Shown: piece after piece, positions 8,869 to 18,069 of the stretch | Position numbering within the stretch: position 1 is the first letter of the stretch | Layout of the letters: each line of letters opens with the position of its first letter | Assembly: GCA_027315455.1 (NCBI GenBank) | Contig: DAHUXZ010000006.1 | Location: 8,952 to 72,951, forward strand | DNA from: Thermoplasmata archaeon | Lineage (GTDB): Archaea; Thermoplasmatota; Thermoplasmata; Lutacidiplasmatales; UBA184 | Direction of reading: 5' to 3' | DNA: 64,000 nucleotides | Notes under the pieces: generated by a model | Told to the model about the DNA's origin: nothing | Databases searched by the model: none | Seen by the model: only the letters and a program-made list of their open reading frames with translations | Position numbers and translations under genes: made by a program

Positions 8869-9098
8869 GGCCGGCGGTGCGCCCCTTCGTGCTCGACGAC
8901 GCGACACCGGCACCGCGGCCGACCGCGCCGTCCCCGGTGTCCGACCCTGCCGCCACCGAGTCGCCACGGGCCCGGCTCGACGAGCGGGTCCGCCGCTGGC
9001 TTGAGGAGCGCGAGCGCTACGAGCAGCGGCAGGCCGCGGCCGACTCCGCCGACCCCGCCGGACCGACCTCCAAATAGGCGGACGGGTTCCCGTCCGAG

Positions 9099-11129
9099 AT
9101 GTCGGTCGGCGCGGGCGGGGCCCCCGGCGCGGAGGGCGCCCTCCTCCCGCGGGAGCGGTCCACGCTCGCGGCCCTCGTGGACACACTGCTTCCGCCGGTC
9201 CCCGCGACCGGCGCGGGGAGCCCGTGGCCGTCCGGCCGCGCGCTGGGGGTCGATGCCGAGATCTCCGAGCTCGTCGCGCAGGAGTTCTCCCCGACCCAGC
9301 GGGCCGAGTTCCGTCGTCTCCTCGCCACCGTCGATTCTCCGCTGCTGAACCTCATCCTCGGCGGGAGACCGGTTCGCTTCTCGGCGCTCGACGCCCGGGC
9401 TCGGGAAGAGTACCTGTTCCGATGGGCCGCCAGCCGTCTCGGGGTCAAGCGCCGAGGGTTCCAGGCGATCAAGCGCCTCGCCCTCTTCCTCTACTACGGC
9501 CGGGAGCGGCCCGATCGCGACAGCATCCGGTCGGCGATCGGCGTTCGGCCGACCGTCGTGGTCGCCCCGGCTCCGCCCTCCCGGCACCGGCCGGTCGCGG
9601 TGACGGGACCGGTCGACATCGCCTGCGATGCCGTGGTCGTCGGGAGCGGGGCCGGCGGCGCCGCGATCGCGGCCCGCCTCGCCCGGTCCGGTCACTCCGT
9701 GGTCGTGCTCGAGGCCGGACCCTGGCGCGAAGGGGCGACGTTCCCGCGCGAGGAGGTGGACGCCTACTCCCGCCTGTTCCACGCCCGCGGCCTTCTCACG
9801 ACGCGCGACCTCTCCGTCACGATCCTCGCCGGGGCGACGGCGGGGGGCAGCACCACCGTCAACTGGATGACCTGCCTCGAGCCACCGGCCCCGGTTCGAG
9901 CGGAGTGGGCCGCGGCCGGTCTGACGCAGGCAACGGGCGCCGGGTTCTCGGCCCTCCTGGCCGAGGCCGCCGCGCGTATCCACGTCACGGACTCGGAGAG
10001 CTCGGTCAACCCTCCGAACGACGTGCTGCGCCGCGGCTGCCTCGCCCTGAACTATGTTCCCGGCACGGACTTCGACGTCATCCGGCGGAACGCCGACGGC
10101 TGCGAGGGCCGCTGCGGGGTCTGCGTCTTCGGTTGCCCCTGGGACGCGAAGCGCTCGGCCCTCGTGACGTTCCTCGCCGACGCCCTCTCATCCGGCGCGC
10201 GCCTGTACTCCCAGACCCGCGTCCAGTCGATCGAAGTGTCGGGCGGGAGGGCGACGGGCGTTCGGGGGGTCTTCCGCGACGGCCGCACCGAGCACCCCGT
10301 GCGCGTGCGGGCGCGCGCGGTCGTCGTCGCCGGTGGCGCCGTGCAGACCCCCGCGCTCCTTCAGGCGTCGGGGGCCGGCCCGTCGGGGGTGGGCCACGGG
10401 CTCCGCCTGCATCCGACGACGGCCGTCTTCGCCGAGTACCCCGAGCCGATGCGGATGTGGGAGGGACCGATGCAGACGATATTCGTCCGGCGGTTCACCG
10501 CCACCGACCCCGCGCTCCACGGCCCCTGGATCGAAAGCGTTCCGGCCCATCCGGGGCTCGCGGCGTCCGCCCTTCCGTGGACCTCGGCCGCCGACCATCG
10601 GGACCGCATGCTCCGGATCGAGCGGGCCGCGGCCTCGATCGTCCTCGTCCGGGACGTCGGGGAGGGACGGGTCCGGGCGGACGCGACCGGGCGTCCCCTC
10701 CTCGAGTACCGCCTCACGACGGCCGACCGTGATCACCTCCTTCAGGGGATGGTGGAGACCGCGCGGATCCACCGGGCGGCCGGCGCGCTGCGGATCGCCA
10801 CGCTTCACGCCGGCGGTCTTTCCGCCGGCGACGGGCGGCGTCCGGTCACGGCCTCCGAGTTCGACGCGTTCGAGTCCGAGGTGTGGCGCCGCGGCGTGCG
10901 GGAGAACGACGTGGCGCTCTTCTCGGCCCACCCCACGGGCTCGGCGCGCATCGGCACGGACCCGGCGCGGTCCGCCTGCCGTCCTACCGGTGAGGTCCAC
11001 GGGGTCAACGGGCTTTGGGTCGGGGACGGCAGCCTTCTCCCGAGCGCACCCGGGGTCAACCCGATGCTGTCGATCTACGCGGTCGCGCTCGGGACGGCGG
11101 GACACATCGACGCCGCGCTTCGCCGATAG
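9099..11129 (+). CDS. GMC-family FAD oxidoreductase fused to an N-terminal gluconate-2-dehydrogenase subunit-3-like domain
   Basis: Rossmann motif VVGSGAGG, and a GMC C-terminal region (HPTGSARIG...VHGVNGLWVGDGSLLP). The ~160-aa N-terminal domain resembles the small subunit-3 family of membrane-bound dehydrogenases. Confidence 0.8.
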   Translation: MSVGAGGAPGAEGALLPRERSTLAALVDTLLPPVPATGAGSPWPSGRALGVDAEISELVAQEFSPTQRAEFRRLLATVDSPLLNLILGGRPVRFSALDARAREEYLFRWAASRLGVKRRGFQAIKRLALFLYYGRERPDRDSIRSAIGVRPTVVVAPAPPSRHRPVAVTGPVDIACDAVVVGSGAGGAAIAARLARSGHSVVVLEAGPWREGATFPREEVDAYSRLFHARGLLTTRDLSVTILAGATAGGSTTVNWMTCLEPPAPVRAEWAAAGLTQATGAGFSALLAEAAARIHVTDSESSVNPPNDVLRRGCLALNYVPGTDFDVIRRNADGCEGRCGVCVFGCPWDAKRSALVTFLADALSSGARLYSQTRVQSIEVSGGRATGVRGVFRDGRTEHPVRVRARAVVVAGGAVQTPALLQASGAGPSGVGHGLRLHPTTAVFAEYPEPMRMWEGPMQTIFVRRFTATDPALHGPWIESVPAHPGLAASALPWTSAADHRDRMLRIERAAASIVLVRDVGEGRVRADATGRPLLEYRLTTADRDHLLQGMVETARIHRAAGALRIATLHAGGLSAGDGRRPVTASEFDAFESEVWRRGVRENDVALFSAHPTGSARIGTDPARSACRPTGEVHGVNGLWVGDGSLLPSAPGVNPMLSIYAVALGTAGHIDAALRR

Positions 11130-11214
11130 GCCCCCTCCGGGCGGCGCGCCCGGGGGGAACCCAAGGCGTTAAGAACCGTGCCTTGGTGAGTCGGACCGAC
11201 CTCTCGGAGGCCGT

Positions 11215-11400
11215 ATGCCGCATTGGTCCGTGACCGGTAGCTTCCTGGCCCGCCGCGACGACTGGCAGCGCTTCACGAAGAGCTGCGAGGCGCCCTCGGC
11301 CGAGCTCGCGCGCGAGTGGGCGCTCAGCGAGATCGGCGGCTGCCACGGCGTGCCGCGCGCCCGCATCCGGATCGAGAAGGTCCACGAGGTCGCCCAGTGA
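11215..11400 (+). CDS. rplX: 50S ribosomal protein LX (L18Ae/eL20)
   Basis: 61 aa (MPHWSVTGSF...WQRFTK...RIEKV) matches archaeal LX. Sits in the conserved position upstream of prefoldin alpha and ftsY, with GGAGG 6 nt upstream of the ATG. Confidence 0.7.
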   Translation: MPHWSVTGSFLARRDDWQRFTKSCEAPSAELAREWALSEIGGCHGVPRARIRIEKVHEVAQ

Positions 11401-11417
11401 GCGCGGCCGCCCCCGAG

Positions 11418-11873
11418 ATGACCGAGCAGCAGGTCCAGGAGGACCTCGTCCGGCTCGACACCTACCGGGGCCAGCTCAACGCGATGCTCCAGCAGCACCA
11501 GTACCTGACGGCGTCCCGCGCCGACCATTTGCGGGCCCGCGAGTCGCTGGAAGGGCTCGACCGCCTCGGGGACGACGGCGAGCTCCTCATCCCCATCGGA
11601 GGGGAGACCTATGTCCACGGCGCGGCGACCCCGAAGACGAAGGTGGTGATCGGGATGGGCTCCGGCCTCGTGGTCGAGCTCGAACGCCCGAAGGCGATCG
11701 AGATCCTCGCCGACCGTCTCGGCAAGATCGACCGCGCGACCCAGGACCTGGAGAGCCAGATCCGCACCCTCGAGGAGCGGGTCCAGCTCATCTCCCAGCG
11801 CATCGACCGACTTTCGCGCGGGGACTCCGGCGAGCCGGGAGCGACGGCCGCGGACGATGTGGGCGGCGATTAA
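11418..11873 (+). CDS. pfdA: prefoldin alpha subunit
   Basis: Coiled-coil/beta-hairpin/coiled-coil architecture (LIPIGGETYVHG hairpin). ATG at 11418 directly follows the LX stop. Confidence 0.8.
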   Translation: MTEQQVQEDLVRLDTYRGQLNAMLQQHQYLTASRADHLRARESLEGLDRLGDDGELLIPIGGETYVHGAATPKTKVVIGMGSGLVVELERPKAIEILADRLGKIDRATQDLESQIRTLEERVQLISQRIDRLSRGDSGEPGATAADDVGGD

Positions 11874-12840
11874 GGCCCGCCTCGGGTTGGGCTCCCCGCC
11901 GCCGAAGGCGTCGTCCCCCGCGGCGCCGGCCCCGGCCGCCGCCGCGGAGGGGCCCTCGCCGTTCGCCGAAGGCTTTGGCGGCCGCCGGCTCACGGCGGGG
12001 ACCGTCGTGGACGTCCTCGACGACCTCGAGATCGTCCTGCTCCAGTCCGACGTCGCGCTGCCCGTGATCGAGAAGATGCGCCGGGACCTGCGGAAGGAGC
12101 TCTCGGGCCGCAAGCTGCGCTGGGGAGTGGACGCGGAGTCGGCGATCCGCCACGGGCTCGAATCGTCGGTGCGGCAGGTCCTCGCGAAACCGGGGATCGA
12201 CCTCGTCGCGACGATCCGGGCCCATCAGCCGAAACCGTACGTCATCCTCTTCGTTGGGGTCAACGGCACGGGGAAGACCACCACCGTCGCGAAGATCGCC
12301 GGGCGCCTTCGGGACGCCGGGCTCAAGGTCGTCATCGCCGCGGGCGACACCTTCCGGGCCGGGGCGATCGAGCAGCTCCTCGTCCACGGCGAGCGCCTCG
12401 GCATCCGCGTCATCCGCCAGCAGGAAGGCTCCGACCCGGCGGCCGTCGCCTTCGACGCCCTCGAGCACGCGCGCGCGAAGGGCGTCGAGGTCGTGCTGGT
12501 CGACACCGCGGGCCGTCAGCACACCAACGAGAACCTCGTCCAAGAGGCGAAGAAGATCCGCCGGGTCGCCGCGCCCAACCTGACGCTGTTCGTGGGCGAT
12601 GCGCTCTCGGGCAACGACGTCGTCGAGCAGGCCCGCCTCTTCGAGGAATCCCTCGGGATCGATGGTCTCGTCCTCACGAAGCTCGACGCCGACGTCAAGG
12701 GCGGGGCGGCCCTGTCGGCGACGTTCGTCACCGGAAAGCCGATCCTGTTCGTGGGGGTGGGCCAGGGCTACGCCGACCTCGCCCCGTTCGACGTCGACTG
12801 GATGATCGCCCGGCTCTTTGCGGAGGGGACCGCCGGGTGA
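11857..12840 (+). CDS. ftsY: signal recognition particle receptor FtsY
   Basis: NG domain with GVNGTGKTTT, DTAGR and TKLD motifs. Confidence 0.9.
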   Translation: MWAAIKARLGLGSPPPKASSPAAPAPAAAAEGPSPFAEGFGGRRLTAGTVVDVLDDLEIVLLQSDVALPVIEKMRRDLRKELSGRKLRWGVDAESAIRHGLESSVRQVLAKPGIDLVATIRAHQPKPYVILFVGVNGTGKTTTVAKIAGRLRDAGLKVVIAAGDTFRAGAIEQLLVHGERLGIRVIRQQEGSDPAAVAFDALEHARAKGVEVVLVDTAGRQHTNENLVQEAKKIRRVAAPNLTLFVGDALSGNDVVEQARLFEESLGIDGLVLTKLDADVKGGAALSATFVTGKPILFVGVGQGYADLAPFDVDWMIARLFAEGTAG

Positions 12841-13586
12841 CGGCCGAGGTCGAGGTCGTCCTTGTCCGGCCCAAGGAGGACGGGAACGTCGGGGCCGTCG
12901 CCCGGCTCGCCCGGAACTTCGGGGCCGCCCGCCTCGTGTTCGTCGCGCCGCGCGCCGGTCTCGGCCCCGAGGCCCGGCGGCGCGCCATGGGCGGTCTCGG
13001 CCTGCTCTCGGCCGCCCGCGTCGTCCCGACCTTCGCCGAGGCGATCGCGGGAGCGGACCTCGTCGTCGGCACGACGGACCTTTCTACGGGGCGCTCCACG
13101 GCGTATCTCCGCCGCTCGGTGAGCCCGGAGCGGCTCGGCGAGATGGTGCGCCCGATCGTGGGGCGCGTCGCGCTCGTCTTCGGTCCCGAGGACAACGGCC
13201 TCGACCGCGACCAGCTGCACGCCTGCGACCTGCTCGTGCACGTGCCGGCGCGCCGGGAGTTCCCGACCCTCAACCTCTCCCACGCCGCCGGTATTGTCCT
13301 CTACGCCGTCCACCGGGCCCTGTCGCTCGACGCGAGCGAAGAGAGCACGCCCGCCCCGGAGGTCCTCAGCCTGAACGGCCGCGAGAAGGAGCTCCTCCTC
13401 GCCCGTATCGCCGAGCTCGCCGCCCGGACCGGATATCCGGCCCACAAGCGGCCGGGGCTCACGCTCCTGTTCCGCCGCGTACTCGGCCGCTCGACGCCGA
13501 CGGAGGCGGAGTACCGCATGATGCTCGGGTTCCTACGCAACATCGACCGAAGCCTCGGTCGGAGGGGTCATGGCAGAAGCAGCTGA
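12837..13586 (+). CDS. SpoU/TrmH-family RNA 2'-O-methyltransferase (TrmJ-like)
   Basis: SPOUT motifs LVFGPEDNGL and NLSHAAGIVLY. Overlaps ftsY by 4 nt. Confidence 0.8.
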   Translation: MTAEVEVVLVRPKEDGNVGAVARLARNFGAARLVFVAPRAGLGPEARRRAMGGLGLLSAARVVPTFAEAIAGADLVVGTTDLSTGRSTAYLRRSVSPERLGEMVRPIVGRVALVFGPEDNGLDRDQLHACDLLVHVPARREFPTLNLSHAAGIVLYAVHRALSLDASEESTPAPEVLSLNGREKELLLARIAELAARTGYPAHKRPGLTLLFRRVLGRSTPTEAEYRMMLGFLRNIDRSLGRRGHGRSS

Positions 13587-13998
13587 CTGGGTACGGGTGC
13601 GCGGCATGGGTCGGGAGCGGTTCGCGGGATACTTCGTCGACTACCTCGCCACGCTCGGCTATTCCGTCGAGCGGAGCGAGTCGACCGAGCCGGCCGAGAC
13701 CCGGCTCACGGCGCGCCTTACCCGGATGAACCCGGCCCTCCCCGAGGGGGCGCGCGAGCTCCGCTTTTGCCTGACCCCGACGAGCGGCGGGGCCTCCGTC
13801 GTCTGGGAGCACCCCACCTCCGTCGCCGACTCCGAACGTGGGCGGATGGACCGCCTCCAGCGCGAGCTGCTGGCCCACCTCATCCGCGCGGTCTCCACCG
13901 AGAGCCACGCGACGGCGAAGGTCTCGGCGGCGCCGGTCCCCCGGCTCCCTTGGTTGCCGCCGGCCGCCGGATCGTTCCGCACATCGGCAGCTTTATAA
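13570..13998 (+). CDS. hypothetical protein
   Basis: 142-aa ORF with plausible composition overlapping the trmJ-like stop. No recognisable motifs. Confidence 0.3.
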   Translation: MAEAADWVRVRGMGRERFAGYFVDYLATLGYSVERSESTEPAETRLTARLTRMNPALPEGARELRFCLTPTSGGASVVWEHPTSVADSERGRMDRLQRELLAHLIRAVSTESHATAKVSAAPVPRLPWLPPAAGSFRTSAAL

Positions 13999-13999
13999 T
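13992..13999 (+). promoter_or_regulatory. TATA box (TTTATAAT) ~30 bp upstream of the rpl15e ATG
   Basis: AT-rich octamer at canonical archaeal spacing. Overlaps the stop codon of the upstream ORF. Confidence 0.4.
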
Positions 14000-14028
14000 A
14001 GGCCCGTGGGTCCCCCCGCCCGCTCCCC

Positions 14029-14643
14029 ATGGCCGAGTCCCTCTACCACCACATCAGCTCCGCGTTCCGCGAGACCCAGGGCCCGGAGGGCGCCACGCTC
14101 CGCCACGAGCGCCTCCTCGCCTGGCGACGGGAAACGACGGTAACGCGGCTCGAGCGGCCGACCCGGCTCGACCGGGCGCGGGCCCTCGGCTACCGCGCGA
14201 AGGGCGGCTACGTCCTCGTCCGGGTCCGCGTCCGCCGCGGGGGCCAAGGCAAGCGGGCGATCATCGCCGGCCGCCGCCCGAAGCGCAAGGGTATCCTTCG
14301 GATGACCCTCGCGAAGAGCCTCCAGCGGATCGCCGAGGAGCGGGCCCAGAAGCACTACCCGAACCTCGAGGTCCTCAACTCCTACTGGGTCGGGGAGGAC
14401 GGCAAGCAGAAGTTCTTCGAGATCGTCCTCGTGGACCCGTCGCACCCGGAGATCCTCGCGGACCCGAAGATCCGCTGGATCGCCGCACCGTCCCAGAAGG
14501 GGCGGGTCTTCCGCGGCCTCACCCGTGCCGGTCGCGACAGCCGCGGGCTGCGCTGGAAGGGAAAGGGCGCCGAGCGGATGCGTCCGTCGCGGGCGCGGAA
14601 CCGCCGGCCGTACCGCCGGACCCAGACGAAGGTCATCCCGTAG
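14029..14643 (+). CDS. rpl15e: 50S ribosomal protein L15e
   Basis: Strong L15e similarity (YRAKGGYVLVRVRVRRGG...RPKRKG...). Confidence 0.9.
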   Translation: MAESLYHHISSAFRETQGPEGATLRHERLLAWRRETTVTRLERPTRLDRARALGYRAKGGYVLVRVRVRRGGQGKRAIIAGRRPKRKGILRMTLAKSLQRIAEERAQKHYPNLEVLNSYWVGEDGKQKFFEIVLVDPSHPEILADPKIRWIAAPSQKGRVFRGLTRAGRDSRGLRWKGKGAERMRPSRARNRRPYRRTQTKVIP

Positions 14644-14651
14644 GCGTCGGG

Positions 14652-15104
14652 CTAGCCGCGCTCGATCTCGCCGAGGAAGTGCTCGAGCGGGGCCCCGGCC
14701 CGGTCGGCGGTCCGCCGCGCCCAGCCGGCGAGGCCCTCGACATGGGAGACCTCGCCGCGCAGGACCCGGGCCAGCTCCCGACGGAAGTCGAGGTCGAGGT
14801 CGATCGAGGACGGCCCGAGGAAGTCCCGGAGGCGGCGGGCGAAGTGCCCGCCCTCGGTGTCCCAGTCGGTGAGGACGATCACCCGCTGCACCCCCTGGGT
14901 CAGTCCCTCGGCCACGGCGGCCAGGCTCTGGCCGCGGTGGATGAGCCGGATCGGTCCGGGGACCCTCAGCCGACGCAACGAGCGCCGGTCCCGGTCCCCC
15001 TCCACCAGGATGACGGTGCCCGGCTCCGCGCTCGCGCGGAGGAGCCGCTCCCACAGCTCGAGGAACTCCGGCCAGACGGCGATCCGCTGCGCCGATTCGA
15101 CCAT
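14652..15104 (-). CDS. small Toprim-domain protein (RNase M5-like fold)
   Basis: VILVEGDRDRRSL and VIVLTDWDTEGG match Toprim conserved Glu and DxD motifs. 150 aa. Confidence 0.5.
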   Translation of the reverse strand: MVESAQRIAVWPEFLELWERLLRASAEPGTVILVEGDRDRRSLRRLRVPGPIRLIHRGQSLAAVAEGLTQGVQRVIVLTDWDTEGGHFARRLRDFLGPSSIDLDLDFRRELARVLRGEVSHVEGLAGWARRTADRAGAPLEHFLGEIERG

Positions 15105-15295
15105 GCGTCGTCCGAGGGAGCGGGCCCGGGAGGGGCCGACGGCCGGTAGCCGCGGCCGGCCTTAACCCTCCCGGGCGATCCCGCTCCCGGCGCGCGGACG
15201 GGCCCCCCGACCGGGCCCGTCGGGCGATCGCGCGACGAGCCGGGGCGCGCCGCGCGCGACCGCTTAAGAGCCGGCCACCCCATCCCCCGGGGCCC

Positions 15296-15943
15296 GTGAC
15301 GGACCAGTACACGCGCCTTCTCGAGTGGCGACGGGCCGAGGCCTCCTCCCGCGGGCTCGCGAAGCTTCCGCACGATTTCTACGCCACGACGCGGACCTAC
15401 CTGGCCGAGGCTCGCCGCCTCTTCGAGTCCGAGCTGCGGGCGAATCCGTCGGGAAAGAAGGGGGAGCTCGCCCGCCAGACCTACCAGCGGGCCGGCCAGG
15501 TCGCGCGCGATGTCGTCGAGGCGCGGATGACGAAGGTGCTGTCGCTGGCGTTCCAGGCGAGCGTCGGGGGGGCGAAGGACCTTCCGAACGCCCTTCCCGA
15601 GGAGCGGAGCCTGTTCGACGGCCTCCTCGATCGGCTGCGGGCGCACCGCCAGGGCGTCGCCCCGTTCCTCGAGCCGTCGGCCGAGGGCGCGGGAACCCCC
15701 GCACTTTTGGCCGACGCATCCCCGCCCGCCGAGCCCGCCCCGCTTCCGAGCGCGCCGGCCGCGACGCCGGCGACCGTCCTCGTGCGGATCGTCAAGGACG
15801 GACGACCCGTCGTCGTGGGCGGCGACACCGTCGAGCTGCGGAAGGAGGACCTCTTGACCCTTCCGGCGGAGACGGCCCGGCTCCTCATCGACGCGAAGCT
15901 CGCCGAGCCGGTGCGGCCTAAGGAGCCGCCGGCGACGGCGTAG
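15296..15943 (+). CDS. GINS subunit (Gins51/Psf1-Sld5-like), tentative
   Basis: N-terminal YTRLLEWRRAE...LAKLPHDFY...YL pattern resembles the archaeal Gins51 A-domain. Weak; called from memory. Confidence 0.4.
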   Translation: MTDQYTRLLEWRRAEASSRGLAKLPHDFYATTRTYLAEARRLFESELRANPSGKKGELARQTYQRAGQVARDVVEARMTKVLSLAFQASVGGAKDLPNALPEERSLFDGLLDRLRAHRQGVAPFLEPSAEGAGTPALLADASPPAEPAPLPSAPAATPATVLVRIVKDGRPVVVGGDTVELRKEDLLTLPAETARLLIDAKLAEPVRPKEPPATA

Positions 15944-17069
15944 CGTCGGGCGTCGCGACGGCCGATCCCGGCGGCGCGAGGTCCAGGACCCGGAACGTGC
16001 CGAACCCGAAGAGGAGGTTCTTGGCGGCGAGCCGCACCCGTACCTCGGCCTCGCTCGAGACGCTGGCGCGGGCTCGCTCCTCCAAAAGGGCCGGCAGGCC
16101 CCAGCGGACGAGCGCCTCGGCCTGTCCGACGTAGGCCCGCTCGGTGAGGCCGGCGCGGCGGGCCGCATCGCGCAGGCGGGTGAAGTTGACGAACGCGCTC
16201 AGGTCGGCCCGACCGAGCTCGGCGAGCGGATCGTCGACCGGTCGGTGGGCCCGGACCGCCGCGAACGTCCCCTCGGGATGGCCGAGGAGAAGCTCCGGCT
16301 CCTCCAGCCCGTAATCGACGAAGACGGCCGCCCCCGCGACCAGATGGTCGGCGACCTCGCGCAGGATCGCCTCGGCGGCGGGCGCGACCTCGAGGACGAT
16401 CCCGTCCCGGGGCGGAGCGGGGAGGGCGGGAGGCGGCAGCGCTCCGAGCGGCCCCTCGGCCCACTCGACGGCCGCGGGGCCGACGCGCAATCCGAGCTCG
16501 CGCCAGGCGCCGTCGCGGGCGACGAGCCGGCGGAACGGGACCGCATCGAGAAGCTCGTTCGCGATCACGAACCCCGAGAACGGGCCATCGGTGGAGAGGG
16601 CGTCGGCGCGACGGATCGCGACGCGGCCGGGGTCGGCGACGCCGAGGAGCGCCTCGGCGCTCGCGCGCGCGAGCCGCCGGGAGCGCTCGACGAGGACGTA
16701 GTCGACCGTCGTCGTCGGCGGCATCCGCGGGACGAGGGCCGCCAGCAGGTCGCGGGCGAGCGTACCGTCCCCCGGACCGAGCTCGACGATGCGAAAGCGC
16801 GCCGGTCGTCCGAGCCGCTCGAACTCCTCGAACGCGCGGGCGGCGACCGCCCCCCCGAACAGCGGACTCGCGTGGGCGGCCGTGTAGAAGTCCCCGTGCG
16901 GCCCGAGCGGCGGTTCGGCGGACTCGTAGTAGCCGGTCTCGGGATCGTAGAGGGCGCGGTCGACGACGCGGTCGAACGGGAGGAACCCGCGGGGACCGGC
17001 GTCGGCCCGGAGACGCTCGAGAAGGCCGGACGGGATGGACGGCGCGGTCGGGGAGGGGGACGGCGCCAT
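15918..17069 (-). CDS. class I SAM-dependent methyltransferase, MidA/NDUFAF7 (DUF185) family
   Basis: RIVELGPGDGTLARDLL methyltransferase motif I and DUF185-like layout. Start set at internal Met (MAPSPSPT) because upstream codons overlap the next gene. Confidence 0.6.
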   Translation of the reverse strand: MAPSPSPTAPSIPSGLLERLRADAGPRGFLPFDRVVDRALYDPETGYYESAEPPLGPHGDFYTAAHASPLFGGAVAARAFEEFERLGRPARFRIVELGPGDGTLARDLLAALVPRMPPTTTVDYVLVERSRRLARASAEALLGVADPGRVAIRRADALSTDGPFSGFVIANELLDAVPFRRLVARDGAWRELGLRVGPAAVEWAEGPLGALPPPALPAPPRDGIVLEVAPAAEAILREVADHLVAGAAVFVDYGLEEPELLLGHPEGTFAAVRAHRPVDDPLAELGRADLSAFVNFTRLRDAARRAGLTERAYVGQAEALVRWGLPALLEERARASVSSEAEVRVRLAAKNLLFGFGTFRVLDLAPPGSAVATPDATPSPAAP

Positions 17070-17079
17070 CGCGCCGGGC

Positions 17080-17856
17080 TCAGCCGATGTAGCCGAGGTC
17101 CTCGCGGGCCTGCTCGCGCGGCATCTCCGAGGGCTTCTGCTCGGCCTCGTGGATCTTCTGGGCGATGCGGTCGATCTCGCGGGCCTTCGACTCGAGGTCG
17201 GTGAAGTCGACGTGGACCCCGAGGGCCTGGGTGAGGACCTTGAGCACGGCTTCGGCGCTCCGCGGGTCGACGAAGTAGCCGCTCGTCTCGCCCATGAGGC
17301 AGACGCCCTCCATGTCGAACGTGCGGCCGAGGCCGAGGAAGAGCCCGCTCGCCCCGATGAGGCCACCGCCGGGGTCGTCGCGCGAGAAGACGACGCCGAA
17401 CCGCTTCATCGCCTCGACGCGCGCGGGCGACGTCGCGGCCCCGAGGACGCGGGGATGTTCGACGACATGGCCCTGGGCGAAGCCGGCGAGAGTGAAGACC
17501 TCCCGGACCCCCAGACCGGCGCAGAACTCGAGGACCCGGTGGGTGAGCTCGTACTGGCCCTCGGGGGTGATGCCCTGGTAGTCGCCCCCGAGGATCAGCA
17601 GATCGCGCTCGCCGGCGCGCTGCGCGGGGCGGTAGGATAGGTCGTTCGAGACGAGGCGGATGATCCCCTCCTCGTTGACGTAGACCTGCGGCGGGAAGAA
17701 CTTCGAGAAGATGGTGGCAAGCGGCTTCGCCCCGAGCTTCTCCTTGAGGTAGTCGGCGGCCAGCTTTCCCACGTTGCCGACCCCGGGCAGTCCCTCGACC
17801 AGTATCGGGTCCTTGAGCTCCACCTTCTCGACGACCCGGATCAGCACGTCCTCCAT
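17080..17856 (-). CDS. PAC2-family proteasome assembly chaperone-like protein
   Basis: MEDVLIRVVEKVELKDPILVEGLPGVGNVGKLAADYL matches archaeal PAC2 (PbaB-like) N-termini. Start at internal Met. Confidence 0.6.
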   Translation of the reverse strand: MEDVLIRVVEKVELKDPILVEGLPGVGNVGKLAADYLKEKLGAKPLATIFSKFFPPQVYVNEEGIIRLVSNDLSYRPAQRAGERDLLILGGDYQGITPEGQYELTHRVLEFCAGLGVREVFTLAGFAQGHVVEHPRVLGAATSPARVEAMKRFGVVFSRDDPGGGLIGASGLFLGLGRTFDMEGVCLMGETSGYFVDPRSAEAVLKVLTQALGVHVDFTDLESKAREIDRIAQKIHEAEQKPSEMPREQAREDLGYIG

Positions 17857-18069
17857 CGGCGGTCCCGCGGACGGACCGGGGCGGGCTAGATAACGGTTCG
17901 CTTTCGGGCCGGTGACCTCGTGCGCCGCGTCGCAGCCACCGGGCGTTCCCGACGCCCAACCTCGGCCGTCCCCGGGCGGCCCTCGCTCGGCGGCCGGGGG
18001 CGCCCTCATCACGGGTCCTTCAGCGTCGAGTCCCGTACGCCCGGCTCGGCCGGCCGCCGAATCCGGACC

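Noticed and set aside
8877-9077. Possible 66-aa small ORF (GTG 8877) between the ThiI-like gene and the GMC oxidoreductase
   Set aside because: Charged, helical C-terminal half but no motif, no clear promoter, and it lies within longer spurious ORFs. Insufficient support.
6266-10732. Long alternate-frame ORFs (6266..7939 +, 7936..9186 -, 9224..10732 +, 8754..9983 -) overlapping argS, the ThiI-like gene and the GMC oxidoreductase
   Set aside because: All are Arg/Pro/Gly-dominated with no motifs. The overlapped genes have clear homology.
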